This document shows, piece after piece, positions 61,891 through 64,000 of a stretch of 64,000 nucleotides of DNA; the stretch's first letter is position 1; every line of letters begins with the position of its first letter. Below the pieces are notes generated by a model. It searched no databases. It was given only the letters and a program-made list of their open reading frames with translations, and was not told where the DNA came from. The stretch spans positions 33,666,001-33,730,000 of the forward strand of contig CM126207.1 in the NCBI GenBank assembly GCA_052327205.1, given 5' to 3'. A program made the position numbers and the translations under genes. The stretch is from Somniosus microcephalus (Eukaryota).

Positions 61891-64000
61891 TCCTAGGGGG
61901 AGTGTTTGCTAGTGCTCTGGGGGAGGGTTTAAACTAAAATGGCAGGGGGTTGGGAACCTGAGCAGGGAGACAGAGGAAAGGGAAACAAGGATAAAAGCAA
62001 AAGATAGGAAGGAGAAAAGCAAAAGTGGCAGTCAGAGAAATCAACGGTTTAAATCAAACGTGGCCACAGTAAATAATAATTGTAATAGGTCTAAGAGCGT
62101 TAAAAAAACAAACCTGAAGGCTGTGTCTTAATGTGAGGAGCATTCGTAATAAGGTGGATGAATTGGCTGCACAAATAGAGGTAAACGAATATGATTTGGT
62201 TGGGATTACGGAAATGTGGCTCAAGGATGGCCAAGACTGGGAACTCAACATTCAGGGGTATTCGATATTCAGGAAAGATAGGCAAAAAGGAAAGGGAGGT
62301 GGGGTAGCATTACTGGTTAAAGAAGGGATTAACACAATTGTAATGAAGGATATTAGCTCTGATGATGTGGAATCTGTATGGGTAGAATTGAGAAATACTA
62401 AGGGGAAAAAAAGTTAGTGGGGGTGGTATATAGGCCTCCAAACAGTAAGGCGGAGGTTGGGGATGGCATTAAAAGGGAAATTAAAGAAGCGTGCAATAAG
62501 GGCACAGCAGTCATCATGGGTGACTTTAATCTACATATAGATTGGGCTAACCAAATTAGTAACAATACTGTGGAGGAGGAATTCCTGGAGTGTTTATGGG
62601 TTGGTTTCCTGGACCAATATGTCGAGGAACCAACCAGAGATCAGGCCATCTTAGACTGGGTATTATGTAACGAGAAAGGATTAATTAGCAATCTTGTTGT
62701 ACGAGGCCCCCTGGGTCGGAGCGATCATAATATGATCGAATTCTTCATTAAGATGGAGAATGAAGTAGTTGACTCAGAGACTAGGGTCCTCAATTTAAAT
62801 AAAGGAAACTACGTAGGTCTGAGGAGCGAGTTGGGTAGGATTGATTGGGGAATGTCACTCAAATGGTTGATGGTGGATAGGCAATGGCAAACATTCAAAG
62901 ACCGAATGGGTGAACTACAGAATTTGTTCATCCCAGTTCGGCATAAAAATAAAACAAAAAAGGTGACTCAACCGTGGTTAACAAGGGAAATTAGGGATAG
63001 CATAAGATCCAAGGAGAGGACATATAAATTGGCCAGAAAAAGCAATAATCCTGAGGATTGGGAGCAGTTTAGGATTCAACAAAGGAGGACAAAGGGATTA
63101 ATTAAGAAAGGGAAAATAGAATATGAGAGTAAGCTTGCAGGGAACATAAAAACTGACTGTAAAAGCTTTTATAGATATGTGAAGAGAAAAAGATTGGTGA
63201 AGTCAAGCGTAGGTCCCTTGCAGTCAGAATCAGGGGAATTTATAATAGGGAACAAAGAAATGGCAGACCAACTAAGTACATATTTTGGTTCTGTCTTCAC
63301 AAAGGAGGACACAAATAACCTCCCAGAGATGCCGGGGAACATAGGGTCTGATGAAAGGGTGGAACTGAAGGAAATCAGTATTTGTAGGGAAATGGTGTTA
63401 GGAAAATTGATGGGACTGAAGGCCGATAAATCCCCAGGGCCTGATAATCTACATCCCAGGGTACTTAAGGAAGTGGCCCTCGAAATAGTAGATGCATTGC
63501 TGGTCATCTTCCAGAACTTGATAGACTCTGGAACAGTACCCATGGATTGGAGGGTAGCTAATGTTACCCCACTATTCAAAAAAGGTGGTAGAGAAAAAGT
63601 GGGGAATTATAGACCAGTAAGCCTGACATCAGTAGTGGGGAAAATGCTGGAGTCCATTATAAAAGATGTAATAGCAGAGCACTTGGAAAGCAGTGACAGG
63701 ATCGGACAAAGTCAACATGGATTTACAAAAGGTAAATCATGCTTGACTAATCTACTGGAATTTTTTGAGGATGTAACTGGTAAAATAGATAAGGGAGAAC
63801 CAGTGGATGTGGTGTATTTGGACTTTCAGAAGGCTTTCGATAAGGTCCTGCATAAGAGATTAGCGTTCAAAATTAAGGCACATGGGATTGGGGGCAAGGT
63901 ATTGACTTGGATAGAGAACTGGTTGGCGGACAGAAAGCAAAGGGTTGGAATAAACGGCTCATTTTCCGAGTGGCAGGCAGTGACTAGTGGGGTACTGCAA
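61891..64000 (+). mobile_element. Young 5'-truncated CR1 LINE (ORF1 tail plus ORF2 APE/RT), runs off the window
   Basis: ORF1 end LGGVFASALGEGLN* (61937); APE motifs RSIRNK, GITE, GGGVAL, YRPP, GDFN, SDH; RT motifs NYRPVSL, QHGF, YLDFQKAFDKV. Confidence 0.95.
62414..64000 (+). CDS. CR1 ORF2 partial reading frame (endonuclease plus reverse transcriptase), open to window end; frameshifted upstream
   Basis: My translation finds no stop from LVGVVYRPP (62414) to VTSGVLQ (64000), 529 codons; frameshift near the A-run at 62406-62412 and another near 62120. Confidence 0.8.

Overview
Vertebrate genomic DNA, most likely a cartilaginous fish (shark-type repeat set). I recognised no host protein-coding exon, rRNA, tRNA gene or CRISPR array, so it reads as a large intron or gene desert. 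Much of it is interspersed repeats: SacSINE1-like Deu-domain SINEs, two other tRNA-headed SINE families, CR1 and L2 LINE fragments (including a 5'-truncated CR1 whose ORF2 is open for about 529 codons to the window end), Penelope-like fragments, many PIF/Harbinger derivatives with 3-bp TSDs (two retain Myb/SANT-gene remnants) and hAT MITEs with 8-bp TSDs. Most notable: a minimal hammerhead ribozyme in a TSD-flanked Penelope-like insertion; an unusual ~730-bp GC-rich non-autonomous retroelement with an internal 242-bp duplication; a three-level MITE nest; a SINE interrupted three times; and a CRE-containing module at a near-fixed distance from one end of several Harbinger families. Repeat-free blocks carry Pbx-Hox/Meis, Sox-Oct and CTCF motifs that suggest enhancers. 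All calls are by eye; no searches were run and boundaries without TSDs are approximate. I found no evidence for a wholly new multi-gene system.
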